Source: a virus
Taxonomy: Duplodnaviria > Caudoviricetes
Virus record (IMG/VR): IMGVR_UViG_3300019781_000026
Location: 1-40,080 of that record
Strand: one strand, 5' to 3'
Length of the DNA stretch: 40,080 bases
Under the pieces are notes generated by a model, which ran no database searches, had not been told where the DNA came from, and worked only from the letters and a program-made list of their open reading frames with translations. Position 1 is the stretch's first letter. Every line of letters begins with the position of its first letter. The position numbers and the translations under genes are program-made. This document shows, piece by piece, positions 14,858-25,099 of the stretch.

Positions 14858-17373
14858 TTGGTAAGGTATTTAAAAGAGTTGCCTGTATATTGTTTATCTA
14901 CGTATTCGTTGCTGCACTCTGCGAAATAGGCCGTCCATTCGCAAAGGTGGCTATCATATTCATAGTGTAAAAGTAAGAATATTCTACCTATTGTATTTAG
15001 GTGAGGGTCTGCCATAACGTAACGGTTCAGCATAGACGGGGCAGGGTTGCTATGGTCAACCGTGCCATCAAAAGTCACCATCGTTCTATTGAACTGATTC
15101 CAAACGTCAAACGATTGAATTTCCCCGAACGGTTTCGGGAACTCCGGGCCGTCTGGTTCTTGTGCTGCATTATAAAATAAACCAGCCAACGGGTATAAAT
15201 AAATGGAGATTGTGATTTCAGCGGCAGATTCGTTTACCGTATCTGCATCGACCGCTATTGCCGTAACGTTACCAACTAAGCTATAATCACAATCGGTTAC
15301 CCTGGAAGTAATGTTATTAGAACTTGAACCAGTTATAACTATTAAAGTCCCAATAGGTAAATTCCAATAACCGGGGAGTGAAAAACTGTTACCGTTTATG
15401 AATGTTGCTGACCCTGTGTAGTAAGGCACTAAATCTCCGGCAATCAATAAGGCCCCTTTAAATAATTTCTTCGGACTATCGGAAATGTACACTTGTTTTT
15501 CTCTTACGTTACGGGTTGCCACGTCCTGCATTACTAACTGTTGCTGTCCGGTATATTTTCGGTATGAACCGTTAACCCATGCAAGGTAATCGAATGTAAC
15601 GCTGTCAATGTAAGTGTCTTTAGTAGCACCATATAACGAACTCCTATAAACGAGAATACGGATATACCCATCAACGGGGAGCTCCGCACTTTCACCATCA
15701 TACAGAGATACGCTTTCAGTTGTTTCGTCCGCTGCATCGCCTTCGTGGTAAAAATATCTCTGGTTCGTCCTGAATGTAGCGGTACATTGTATCCAATATC
15801 TTAAAGTCGGGTCGGTTGCCCCTGTATTTCTGGCATGATGTGTCCAATAAGTACCATCGTTACCGTATAAGCGAACTTGAACGTCCGCATCTCTATACGG
15901 CCCCGAACCGGCAACGTCCGAACTCAACCGCCTTGCAACACCGATAATAAACTTATCCTTTGCACTCATATAAATTTTAGAACTCATAACGAATGTGAAC
16001 CGGGCGGCATCGGCATCTAATACCAAATACCTTTCCGTTTCATAATCGTTAACGAATATTCTCTTTACATAAATGCCAGTTGTTTGTGGGTCATCACTTG
16101 AAGTATTTGACCATAATTTTTCCCAGCAATCTAAATCATAAGTCTTTTCGTTCGGGTCGCTGTCATCTATAACCGCCCCCCTTTCAAAATCAACATTGCA
16201 GGGTATCTCTTCGGGAGTTTCATATTTAAACGTTAACCGGCTTTCTTTTATAAGCCTATCGTTACTCATTACCGGGTCATCATTCATCCAGGAGTACGTT
16301 TGCCCTACTCCTATATTTTTACTATTCGTTTCTGTAAATTTCCCTATGAAATTACCTAAGTAACTCCACTCATAGACTGTATTCGTTGGCAATCCTATTT
16401 CTACTTCATCCACTCTTACTATTCGCCACACTCCCCAATCCTGAAACAGGGTAGCTTCTTCGCCAAGTATTCTTACTAATACTTCATAGCAATTAATGCA
16501 ACTTCCTACTTCGTCCTCAAATGTTTTTGCATCTAAATAATTCCATTTGAAAAAATGCCCGTTGCCGGTATTGTCATTATTCAAGTCTTGTGCTGTTACT
16601 TCCCGGATATTGAACGTAGATTTTATATTTAGGTTAGTTTCAATTTTAGACAATGCCCAGCATATAAAAGATAGAATATCATATTCATTTTCCGGGTTGT
16701 TGCCATCAAAATCAGTTAGCGGTATATCATTTAAAAATCCCAAACCATCCACCGCCACCAAATTAATAACGTTAGGGTCTGGCATAAATTCCTGACTAAT
16801 ATCAGCTAACGATAAGAAGCCAACGAAATTCAACACATCGTCAATATAATAATTAACCCGGAACGAATCATCACCGCCCTGTGAAAAATTATTTATGCTA
16901 ACATCGTTTGACGAATAAATCTGTATATTTAATTGCCTTGCCCGTATCGGCGTAAATTTATCTTCCGCATTATCAATAACAATATCCCGAACCGGGTTAT
17001 CTGTCATTTCTAAAGTAGTTATTTCTTCCTCCGAAGTCCAATAGATATTCCCCGTTGGTGTTTGTACGGTAAAAGTAAATTCATAATCCGCAAAAGGTAA
17101 TGTTATCGTTCGTGGGGAAGTTACACCGCCGGTATTGCTACTCCAATTAACACCACCGTCCGAACTGTAACCTATAGATGTACCCGTTGCATTAGCCGGT
17201 AATGTATCGAAGGTAAAAGTAAATTCAATGTTCGGACCTACTGTTTCCTGTGAAACAACGATATTAAACGGGTTGCTATTGCCGTCTAAAATATCAATAC
17301 GTTTAGTTACCTGGATATTTTCATTCGCCAAGTTGGTTTCAATATCTACATATTCGCCCCGGTATATTCTCAT
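14854..17373 (-). CDS. Large tail tip/baseplate protein
   Basis: 839 aa, acidic and beta-rich, directly after the tape measure; LVAVDGLGFLND motif. Confidence 0.7.
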   Translation of the reverse strand: MRIYRGEYVDIETNLANENIQVTKRIDILDGNSNPFNIVVSQETVGPNIEFTFTFDTLPANATGTSIGYSSDGGVNWSSNTGGVTSPRTITLPFADYEFTFTVQTPTGNIYWTSEEEITTLEMTDNPVRDIVIDNAEDKFTPIRARQLNIQIYSSNDVSINNFSQGGDDSFRVNYYIDDVLNFVGFLSLADISQEFMPDPNVINLVAVDGLGFLNDIPLTDFDGNNPENEYDILSFICWALSKIETNLNIKSTFNIREVTAQDLNNDNTGNGHFFKWNYLDAKTFEDEVGSCINCYEVLVRILGEEATLFQDWGVWRIVRVDEVEIGLPTNTVYEWSYLGNFIGKFTETNSKNIGVGQTYSWMNDDPVMSNDRLIKESRLTFKYETPEEIPCNVDFERGAVIDDSDPNEKTYDLDCWEKLWSNTSSDDPQTTGIYVKRIFVNDYETERYLVLDADAARFTFVMSSKIYMSAKDKFIIGVARRLSSDVAGSGPYRDADVQVRLYGNDGTYWTHHARNTGATDPTLRYWIQCTATFRTNQRYFYHEGDAADETTESVSLYDGESAELPVDGYIRILVYRSSLYGATKDTYIDSVTFDYLAWVNGSYRKYTGQQQLVMQDVATRNVREKQVYISDSPKKLFKGALLIAGDLVPYYTGSATFINGNSFSLPGYWNLPIGTLIVITGSSSNNITSRVTDCDYSLVGNVTAIAVDADTVNESAAEITISIYLYPLAGLFYNAAQEPDGPEFPKPFGEIQSFDVWNQFNRTMVTFDGTVDHSNPAPSMLNRYVMADPHLNTIGRIFLLLHYEYDSHLCEWTAYFAECSNEYVDKQYTGNSFKYLTK

Positions 17374-19460
17374 CTCACTCCCGCCCTCCCTTGCGCCCTT
17401 GACGTTCTTGCGTTCTGTAAAATCATATCATTACCCCGTAATCTACCGGTAACGACTACCCGCTGTAATTGACCGCCACCGCCTAACCCGGCTAACATAC
17501 CCCGCAATTTATCCAACGGGGCAACTACTTCCGGGTTTGATCTGCTGGTTCCCGAACCTTCACCGATAAGGGCAAGTTGTGGGCCGGTAACTAAACCACC
17601 GGAAGCGAAGCCTAATATTTTCCCGAATATGGCACCGAATCCTTTTGCACCCCCTATTCCCCCTGGTAATACTGCACTAAGGATGGCCGCTGTGATAGCG
17701 GCTGAAATAAGTTTTTTAATTAGTTGTGAAACGGCATCGCCGATCCCTTTGAAAAATGCTTTTAAAGGGTTTTCACCTTCTTTTATCGCATCAAATAATC
17801 CTGCAAAAGCAGGCTGTAAAATATTATTTATAACCGTTGCGGCCCGTATTGCCCCGGCTTCAATGCCGCTAAATAATTCTTTTGGTAAGTCAGCGAAAAG
17901 AGTATTAGTAGGGAAAAGACTTTTAAGAATGTTAGCCCGGTCTTTCTCTTTTTGCTCTAATCTTACCGCCGCATCAATAGTAACATCAACCGGTCTATCT
18001 TTAAAATAATCCGTGTACTCCTTGCCTAATACCGCTGCGAACCTTTCTGCATCGGTTCTGTTATCAGTTATAACCTCTTCAGGTGGTGGGTAGTTTACCT
18101 CAACTTCGGGGGTTATTTTTAGTTTTATATCTGTTATGCTAATACCCCCTTGTATGGCAAAATTAATCAGGTCAACTTGTTTCTTTAAATCCTCCCGACT
18201 TAATTTTAACTCAGGGTCAATAGTGACAGAAAACTTCTTGTTCTTAAAATCATCCAAAAACTTTAAAGACTTTTCAAACTCTTGCTGCTTAGTATCAAAA
18301 AATCTTACATCTAATTTTAAGTCAATTTGATTTTTAAAAGCATCTGATAATTTCTTTGCTTCGCTTATTGTGTCAGATACATATTTCTCATAATCAGCTT
18401 TTCGTTTATCTGATAAAGCCTTTGCATCTTGTGCAGCCTTTTCATTAACTGCTTTTTGTTTTTCTTGTTCGTCTGCAATGGCCTTACCTATCTCAACCGG
18501 GATATTCAACAAGTTTAATAAAGTACCTTGTTGTAACCCTTTCAAATCGTTCTCTAAAGATTTAACTTCTTTTCGCACCGCCTGGAATTGCGTTACCGCT
18601 GAAACCCCGGCTTCGTCTAATTTCTTAATGAAGTTTACCGGGATATTTTCTATACTACCAAACTGCTTTATCAGTTTATCCAACTCAGTTGAGTTGCCCC
18701 GGTTAAACGACCTCAATGCTGCATTGCTTTCACCGATATTAATAGATAACCCCGTTTGCTCTTTTCTTAACTCAGCAATCTTAGACTTTATTTTTTCAAT
18801 ACCCTCAACGTTCCGACCTATTTCGTCCGCATTGTTTGCAATGGTTAATGACGGACCTTTGAGACCCGCCAATTCATTTTGCAGCTTTTGCACCTTCCCT
18901 TTAAATTCTAAGGAGTCTTTGAAATTCTCAACATCGGCCTTAATGTCCCGCATCATATTACCGAACTTCCCGGCAGATATTTCAGCCTTACTAAATAAAG
19001 CGTCTGCCCCGAATATGGCCGTTTTCAATCCATCCAAAACACCAATAAGAAGATTCCCGGCTAATTGCCCCACCCCAAAAGCCCCGGCTATTTTAAAGAA
19101 AGATGCAGCCCCGTTATTTGCCGCATTGGATAACGTAGGTATTTGTGTAGCGGTTGTATTAAGAACACCTGATAGGCTTCTTAGTTTAGATCCTGCCAAC
19201 ACACCTGATTCACCAAGTATGGTAAACCCACTTGCCCCGGTTGTTTTTAACGTATTGGCAAGTGCTGTGATTGCACTACCCGCCTGCTTTGTTGATTGAG
19301 AAAATTTTGAAGAAACTGCCGTAGATGCAGTAGTTGCCGTGGATGCTAATTTCGTAAACGAACCCGCTGCCGTGTTCGCCGCCGCTGGTATATCTTTGGA
19401 TAAGGCTCTGACCGCCTGACTAACGTCCGCCCCTACCTGTATTTTAAGACCTTCCGGCAT
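17370..19460 (-). CDS. Tail tape measure protein
   Basis: Ala/Gly/Lys-rich helical protein after the tail chaperones; C-terminal FASGGLVTGPQLALIGE...PEVVAPL motif. Confidence 0.9.
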   Translation of the reverse strand: MPEGLKIQVGADVSQAVRALSKDIPAAANTAAGSFTKLASTATTASTAVSSKFSQSTKQAGSAITALANTLKTTGASGFTILGESGVLAGSKLRSLSGVLNTTATQIPTLSNAANNGAASFFKIAGAFGVGQLAGNLLIGVLDGLKTAIFGADALFSKAEISAGKFGNMMRDIKADVENFKDSLEFKGKVQKLQNELAGLKGPSLTIANNADEIGRNVEGIEKIKSKIAELRKEQTGLSINIGESNAALRSFNRGNSTELDKLIKQFGSIENIPVNFIKKLDEAGVSAVTQFQAVRKEVKSLENDLKGLQQGTLLNLLNIPVEIGKAIADEQEKQKAVNEKAAQDAKALSDKRKADYEKYVSDTISEAKKLSDAFKNQIDLKLDVRFFDTKQQEFEKSLKFLDDFKNKKFSVTIDPELKLSREDLKKQVDLINFAIQGGISITDIKLKITPEVEVNYPPPEEVITDNRTDAERFAAVLGKEYTDYFKDRPVDVTIDAAVRLEQKEKDRANILKSLFPTNTLFADLPKELFSGIEAGAIRAATVINNILQPAFAGLFDAIKEGENPLKAFFKGIGDAVSQLIKKLISAAITAAILSAVLPGGIGGAKGFGAIFGKILGFASGGLVTGPQLALIGEGSGTSRSNPEVVAPLDKLRGMLAGLGGGGQLQRVVVTGRLRGNDMILQNARTSRAQGRAGVR

Positions 19461-20132
19461 TGCTTAATTTTTTTGCGGCCTCTGCTACTTTGAACGAACG
19501 CAATACCTCAAACGCCTTTTCACTTATATTGCCCCTATCCGTATCCGTTGGTAATGGCCATAATTTATTTATCTTACTTGCTACTTTAGCCCCACCCATA
19601 TTAGTAGAGGCTATAATTACTGTCATACGCCGATACATTGCCTGCATCATTATATCCCTATCCCGAAGGCCATTGATAGCTAACACCAACTCCCGGAAAG
19701 TATATTGTCCTAACTCCCAGGGCCGGATTCCAAGTTCTCCAAAGGCAAGCTGTTCGATTCCATCGAAGTCTCTTTCGACTGATCCGCTACCTGATTTTTT
19801 TTTTCAGCGTCTTTTATTAGGTTTTGAACGTCCTCACTATTACGCCAAACCGTAATTATATCAGATAGTATCTGCTTACCTTCTTCCGTTTGTGCTATTT
19901 CATCAATGGCCCGGCTGAAATCTTCCACCGTCAGGATAGCCTGAATATTTTTATTCACACAATTATTTTCATAACCGCTGTGAATTATTCTGCTTAACCC
20001 AATATCGGTTAACGTTCCATCTTCTTCAATCAGCAGATCGGCGTTTTTGCCCGTCCTGATTGACTTATAAGACAGATAACCGAATTTCAGCCCGACCTCT
20101 TTGCCGGCAATGGTGATCCTTGTATAACTCAT
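19444..20132 (-). CDS. Tail assembly chaperone gpGT (programmed -1 frameshift product)
   Basis: A -1 shift at the A10 run (19795-19804) gives KKKSGSGSVERDFDGIEQLAFGELGIRPWELGQYTFRELVLAINGLR..., open into ORF 19444-19689. Confidence 0.85.
19710..20132 (-). CDS. Tail assembly chaperone gpG
   Basis: Lies between the tail tube and tape measure genes; EKKN slippery site near the C-terminus. Confidence 0.85.
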   Translation of the reverse strand: MSYTRITIAGKEVGLKFGYLSYKSIRTGKNADLLIEEDGTLTDIGLSRIIHSGYENNCVNKNIQAILTVEDFSRAIDEIAQTEEGKQILSDIITVWRNSEDVQNLIKDAEKKNQVADQSKETSMESNSLPLENLESGPGS

Positions 20133-20135
20133 AGT

Positions 20136-20585
20136 TTATGATTCATCATATTCATCCAGCACACCAACACCTGTGAACTCCCAGCTAAATGTAAGGAATC
20201 CATCACTACCGGCAGATGCGGCAGCACCAAGATTACCAAAGTAGCCGTTACCAAAGTTGTTGATCGCTTCACCTTCCGTAAATCCACTTGCTGCATCGGC
20301 TTCGCTTATATAGCTGAATTGTACTTTAGTACCATCAACTATAAGGGCTTTAATATCCTGGTAGTTCCCTTCCAATGCAGTAGGTTCTACATTCTGAACA
20401 GCGTTACCGCTTGCGCTAAATGTTGGGATACCTGGTTTTGCTTTGATACCGCAATTAGTCTCTTTAGTTGCAATATCTGCACTTATTGTAAATGTGCTGT
20501 CCTCGGTACATACGATAGTAGTCCAGTCCGTTTCCGGCGGCACCCTGTACTTGAAGTTTATTAGTTTACCTGCTATTTCTGACAT
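20136..20585 (-). CDS. Major tail tube protein
   Basis: TKETNCG and FLTFSWEFTGVG motifs; canonical position. Confidence 0.8.
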   Translation of the reverse strand: MSEIAGKLINFKYRVPPETDWTTIVCTEDSTFTISADIATKETNCGIKAKPGIPTFSASGNAVQNVEPTALEGNYQDIKALIVDGTKVQFSYISEADAASGFTEGEAINNFGNGYFGNLGAAASAGSDGFLTFSWEFTGVGVLDEYDES

Positions 20586-20595
20586 GGTATAAAAT

Positions 20596-21030
20596 TTAAG
20601 ATTGTGATTGTAATTGTAAAACCCTGTGAACGTTTCTAACGATTAAACGGTGATACCTGTTTGTACCATCGTCCTCTGAAATATATGTTGAGTCCCGTCT
20701 TATTACGGAAACAATTTGAATATCATTCTGCGAAGGCAAAGCACAATGTGCAACGTCAACCGGGAAAAGCAACTCACTTATTTCTTCGTCAATCTCCCCG
20801 GCAATAGCATCATTAATCATAGTGCTGAATTTAGTAACCACTTCCGTAATTATAACGGGGTTGCTCACACCGGATTGATTATTGCTACTATCCGTATCAC
20901 TTTCGACACGAAGTAAAACGTAATTGCCTTGTTCAGTAGCCGGGGCATCTACACGGTAAACAGGAACGGGTAACGTACCGTCCAATAATTCAAACCATGC
21001 TTTTAATACCCTGTTAGTTACGTTTATCAT
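20596..21030 (-). CDS. Tail terminator/completion protein
   Basis: Position; VPVY...AP....YVLL pattern. Confidence 0.7.
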   Translation of the reverse strand: MINVTNRVLKAWFELLDGTLPVPVYRVDAPATEQGNYVLLRVESDTDSSNNQSGVSNPVIITEVVTKFSTMINDAIAGEIDEEISELLFPVDVAHCALPSQNDIQIVSVIRRDSTYISEDDGTNRYHRLIVRNVHRVLQLQSQS

Positions 21031-21650
21031 ATCCCGATAATTTTCGGTTGTGTTACACTTGACGGCATTATAACTTTTACCTTGCTTACGTTTGCTATCC
21101 TTGCTTCAACATTACGTACCATTTGCGGCCAAACTATGTGCATCTGCTTAAAAAAATACGGATGCGGTTTCACACCATTCTTTAAGATACTCAAAGCTAT
21201 TGGCCATGCAGCGGCGTAATCTTCGGCGTATCTGCTAACCTTGCTGCCTATTCGCTTTCTGGTTTTTGTGCTGTACCTACCTGTTATACCTTTCCGGGCT
21301 ACCCATCGCACTATCATTCGCAATAGTTCCATAAAATCACCTTTAGGCCAAGTTATGTCAGCAATTAGCTTTTCAGTCCCCGGTATCGGTCGATACTTGG
21401 CTTTAGTTCCAAACTCCATAAAAGGGGCGTAAAACTTTTGAGCCACAATATCATACTTCATATTACTTCCGTAATAACTGATAGCCGAACGCAAAGCACT
21501 CTGGTCTGCCGGTGCATCGTTCTTAGCCAATTTTACCCACTCTTGCGACATCGTTTGCAACTCACCGTCTACAATTTTCGGTAACATTTCAGCAACGGAG
21601 GCAAATTCTGCCTTCAACCCTGCTAATCCTGTTACTTTAACTTTAAACAT
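21027..21650 (-). CDS. HK97 gp10-like neck protein
   Basis: AP.D...LR..I, YAPFMEFGT and KPHPYF motifs. Confidence 0.85.
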   Translation of the reverse strand: MFKVKVTGLAGLKAEFASVAEMLPKIVDGELQTMSQEWVKLAKNDAPADQSALRSAISYYGSNMKYDIVAQKFYAPFMEFGTKAKYRPIPGTEKLIADITWPKGDFMELLRMIVRWVARKGITGRYSTKTRKRIGSKVSRYAEDYAAAWPIALSILKNGVKPHPYFFKQMHIVWPQMVRNVEARIANVSKVKVIMPSSVTQPKIIGI

Positions 21651-21969
21651 CTGACTTACTTGTTGCCGTTAGTCGGTAATAAAATTGCTTCTCATCTATT
21701 GCCCGTATATCCGATATTGTCCACTTACGACCTGAATAAATAACCTTCCAATTACAGTTAGGGTGTAAATCAAAACGAAAACGTATTAGAAAATCTTTTG
21801 TCTCCCCTAATTGCGTTTGCCCATTCTGGTAAGCCCTGAATCCTGTTGGGTTACTTATTTCAGCCCAAAGGTTCCTGCCTACTCCCCTGGTTTCTTCCCA
21901 ATTCCCCGCCGTTGATTGTGCAGAAACATACTGCACTAACTGAATCTGTTTTCTATTGCCTATTGCCAT
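21643..21969 (-). CDS. Head closure/head-tail adaptor (SPP1 gp16-like)
   Basis: WAEI, FLIRF and VIYSGRKWTI motifs; position. Confidence 0.8.
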   Translation of the reverse strand: MAIGNRKQIQLVQYVSAQSTAGNWEETRGVGRNLWAEISNPTGFRAYQNGQTQLGETKDFLIRFRFDLHPNCNWKVIYSGRKWTISDIRAIDEKQFYYRLTATSKSDV

Positions 21970-22523
21970 GCTTTTACCCTCCTATACGGCCTTGCAATAG
22001 CTGCCGCCCGAATAGGTGAACCGGGCAACTCTTCGTCCCCTCTATGTTCATAGGCCCAAGCCACATAAGCTAAAATAGAATCTTCAACCCACTTCGGGTA
22101 ATCGGTATAACCAGCTTCATAAGTCGCTGTAATACGGTTGCAAAACTTATCTACTATTTTCGGGTATTGATTACCGATAATTGTGTAGTCAGTACTTTCA
22201 ATAGTATCACCTTCGCTATCCGTTAATACAACTGAACCAATAAGCGGACCCGGTAATTCATAGTATCCTGCCTGATTTAAAAGAGCTACTGTTAAAGTAC
22301 GGGGAACAATAAATTGACCTGTAAACTTTTCCACCCACATACGGCCTTCTGTTATCATGGCCTCAATAAGTGTGTCATCAAAATCAAATTCTTGTTCCCC
22401 GCTTTCATCACTTGTAAACCCTTCCAAACGTAGATAGTTCTTCGCCTGCGTCAACGTCACCGGTTCGGTAATGTCTCCGCTGTCAAAATCTTCATCTACG
22501 TTTATTTCACGGTTTACTAACAT
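21960..22523 (-). CDS. Head-tail connector (HK97 gp6-like)
   Basis: EPVTLTQAKNYLR, DDTLI, YEAGY and YEHRG motifs. Confidence 0.85.
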   Translation of the reverse strand: MLVNREINVDEDFDSGDITEPVTLTQAKNYLRLEGFTSDESGEQEFDFDDTLIEAMITEGRMWVEKFTGQFIVPRTLTVALLNQAGYYELPGPLIGSVVLTDSEGDTIESTDYTIIGNQYPKIVDKFCNRITATYEAGYTDYPKWVEDSILAYVAWAYEHRGDEELPGSPIRAAAIARPYRRVKAWQ

Positions 22524-22525
22524 GA

Positions 22526-23833
22526 TTAAGAACCTGAATCAAGTGATGCAATACCATCTGCAAATGAATCGTAAACGAAACTATTTACATGGTTTGTTTT
22601 GATATAATGTACTAACCGCATCTCAGCTAAGATAGTAACCAGGTTATTCGTAAAGTCGTTACCATCACGCCCTACTGATACTGTCAATGCTTTTCTTATC
22701 CTTACGTTTGATTTATTGAAGTCACCGATTAAGAAATTGCCAGCGGTTACCAATGTGTTTTCTACAACCCGAACACCCTTAACGGTTGTTCTTTCGTTGG
22801 TTGAGAAAGGAGGCATCAGGTAATGACCGTCTGTACCTTTTTCAAGGTCCAGGCTTGCTGCATCTTCAGGGTGCAATACTATTTCAGTAGGTGTTGTAAA
22901 CTGGTTAGTCGCTATCTGAGCGTATGCAGCACGTAATACGTCTAATCTGTTTGGATCGCTTACCGTGCCAGCCAACCCACCAAAACTGATTGCAGGGGCG
23001 TACTCCAAGATACCTTTTAGGTTAGGCGTAGAACCGTTACCGTTATAAATACCGGCATCGGCTTTAAGCATAATCAGTTCAACCAGTTCCTGATTGATTT
23101 CTGATTGCATAAAATCAATGTCATCCAACATCTCAGTAGATACTTTGATGTAAGCGGTAACTTTTTCAACTTTCTGCGAACGTTCCTGAATGTCGAAATC
23201 TGTTTGTGTTTTTGCAGAACCTTCAGCGGTCATACCTGCAGCTCCAGGGTCAGGGTTTGTTTGCTCTGCCCATTGAACGTACATTTTGTTGGTAGCACCA
23301 ACGTTACACAACTGTAAAAGGAAAGGCTTTCTACGGGCAATGCGGGTTAAACCCATTTCATCATCAGAAAGCAGATAAGGGATAGAGTTAGTACCAACTG
23401 CATCTACATTTGACGTTGTCATGGTACCAGCTACTTTCTGTTCATGCTTATCAATAGATAACGCCTTCCATTGGCCTTTACCCATTTCTTTAATTTCGTC
23501 AATGTTAGAAATAATCCTGCTGGATACTTCCTGACCGAAATTTTTAACCTGTTTGTCTTTGTGCTTACCGCCGATATTGAAAGTCTTTTTATCGGCAATT
23601 AGTTCGTCTTGTGCTGTTATCACCTTTGAAAGTTTTTCCTCCATTGAGGTAATGGTACTTTCTAATGCAGCAACCTTTGGGTCTGCTTTAGGGGCAGCGG
23701 CCTTAAGTTCTGCTAACTGCTCTGTAACCGCTTTAAGTTGTAGTGTTATTTCATCTTTAGCGGCCTTAGTAAGATTTGTTTCAAGTGCAGTCTTGAGAGT
23801 GTCAAGTTTTTCCTGCAATTCTTTTGTGTCCAT
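22526..23833 (-). CDS. Major capsid protein, HK97 fold
   Basis: Coiled-coil delta domain, EGSAK, VSTEMLDD, GNG...LKGI, GDF and ILAEMRL motifs. Confidence 0.95.
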   Translation of the reverse strand: MDTKELQEKLDTLKTALETNLTKAAKDEITLQLKAVTEQLAELKAAAPKADPKVAALESTITSMEEKLSKVITAQDELIADKKTFNIGGKHKDKQVKNFGQEVSSRIISNIDEIKEMGKGQWKALSIDKHEQKVAGTMTTSNVDAVGTNSIPYLLSDDEMGLTRIARRKPFLLQLCNVGATNKMYVQWAEQTNPDPGAAGMTAEGSAKTQTDFDIQERSQKVEKVTAYIKVSTEMLDDIDFMQSEINQELVELIMLKADAGIYNGNGSTPNLKGILEYAPAISFGGLAGTVSDPNRLDVLRAAYAQIATNQFTTPTEIVLHPEDAASLDLEKGTDGHYLMPPFSTNERTTVKGVRVVENTLVTAGNFLIGDFNKSNVRIRKALTVSVGRDGNDFTNNLVTILAEMRLVHYIKTNHVNSFVYDSFADGIASLDSGS

Positions 23834-23845
23834 GAGACATAAGTT

Positions 23846-24508
23846 TTAGAGTGAATTAATGAAGGTGTCAATCACCCCCGTTATCTCATTCGGCTTATGC
23901 TCGTAAGTGGAATTACCCGGCTCCTTGCTAAGTGAACGTATTGAGTTCAAATGTAATTCTATTTCTTTGAATTTTCCATCAGAAAAATTACCTTTTTTTA
24001 ATTTCAGTTCCAGCCAATCAATTTCTTCGGCCAATTCAGAAGCTGATTTAATACCTAACGTTGGCGTTTTTTCATTAGCCCCCCAGTTTGTTAAGGTGGA
24101 ATATTCCCACAACTTCCATTCATAAACTTCCCGAACATCACCTACCATTTTTTCTTTCTTAGCCTCCAATCCTACTGAATGTTCAAGTGACCGGCCATAT
24201 TCTGCATACAATTTGTAATCTTCATAAACATCTTTGCTTAATTGCTTCTTCATATTAAGCTGCCCCAATATTTCAAGGTAAGCAGATGATTGCTTTCCCT
24301 CAATAGGAACTCCTAAAAGCAGGGTGGTATCGTGGTTAAGAAACCATCGAACCCGATTAAAGTTTTCCTTTAGAGTTTTATTGAAACTACCATCCATTGA
24401 CCGGTCTTTACTACTATCCACATTGCCGATAGCATTAGCGGCTACCAACACACGTCCTTTTTCATCCACATCTTTTATCTGGCTATCAAAATTTTTATAT
24501 TGTTTCAT
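23846..24508 (-). CDS. HK97-type prohead protease (start revised to 24508)
   Basis: GNVDS..D....GSF.KTL, FLNHD, HSVG and LWEYSTL..WGAN motifs. Confidence 0.9.
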   Translation of the reverse strand: MKQYKNFDSQIKDVDEKGRVLVAANAIGNVDSSKDRSMDGSFNKTLKENFNRVRWFLNHDTTLLLGVPIEGKQSSAYLEILGQLNMKKQLSKDVYEDYKLYAEYGRSLEHSVGLEAKKEKMVGDVREVYEWKLWEYSTLTNWGANEKTPTLGIKSASELAEEIDWLELKLKKGNFSDGKFKEIELHLNSIRSLSKEPGNSTYEHKPNEITGVIDTFINSL

Positions 24509-24521
24509 AGTTATATTTTTT

Positions 24522-25088
24522 TTACGGGAATACGATAATTTGGATACATCCGGCCCACTCATTTGCAAGGAAGGTTAATATCAAAGTATCTGCATCTGCT
24601 TGGGAATAAATTTGAGATCCCTGATTTAATGACAAAAAAACATGGGTCTTACCAACGGGGAACAACCCACTTGAAGAAATAATAGTATAACCCACGTCAT
24701 CATAAGTATAACTAACTGCGCCGCCCAATGTATTAACGCCAACCGTTGCAACCGGGTTTGAAGTTCCCGTTTGGGTTAACAATGCCATGTAAATTTTTGT
24801 TCCGGTCGGATAACCTACACCCGAACCACCGCCACCCGCATAACCTGGAAACATTGCCTCAATGCCAGTTACAAAGTCAGCCTGAGTAGTACAAGCCACC
24901 CCCTCAAATGAGATATTAGATATATCTACATTTTCGTAGCCGATTTGATCTACATTGAAATTTATTTTAGTAGGAGTGGTTTCATCATAGCCCCACTCAA
25001 TACATCTTGAATCCGGGTCTAATCTTTTAAATAACGTACCGTTATCTTTGAAATCTATATAACTTCCGTTGGTTACAAATGTTAGCAT
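24522..25088 (-). CDS. Hypothetical virion protein (head decoration/fibre candidate)
   Basis: Gly linker then YMALLTQTGTSNPVATVGVNTLG domain; located in the head module. Confidence 0.6.
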   Translation of the reverse strand: MLTFVTNGSYIDFKDNGTLFKRLDPDSRCIEWGYDETTPTKINFNVDQIGYENVDISNISFEGVACTTQADFVTGIEAMFPGYAGGGGSGVGYPTGTKIYMALLTQTGTSNPVATVGVNTLGGAVSYTYDDVGYTIISSSGLFPVGKTHVFLSLNQGSQIYSQADADTLILTFLANEWAGCIQIIVFP

Positions 25089-25099
25089 GACTTTAAATT

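Noticed and set aside
18478-19299. 273-aa + strand ORF and other long antisense ORFs (6868, 17629, 19460, 25182)
   Set aside because: They are shadows of well-supported minus-strand genes and show no motifs of their own.
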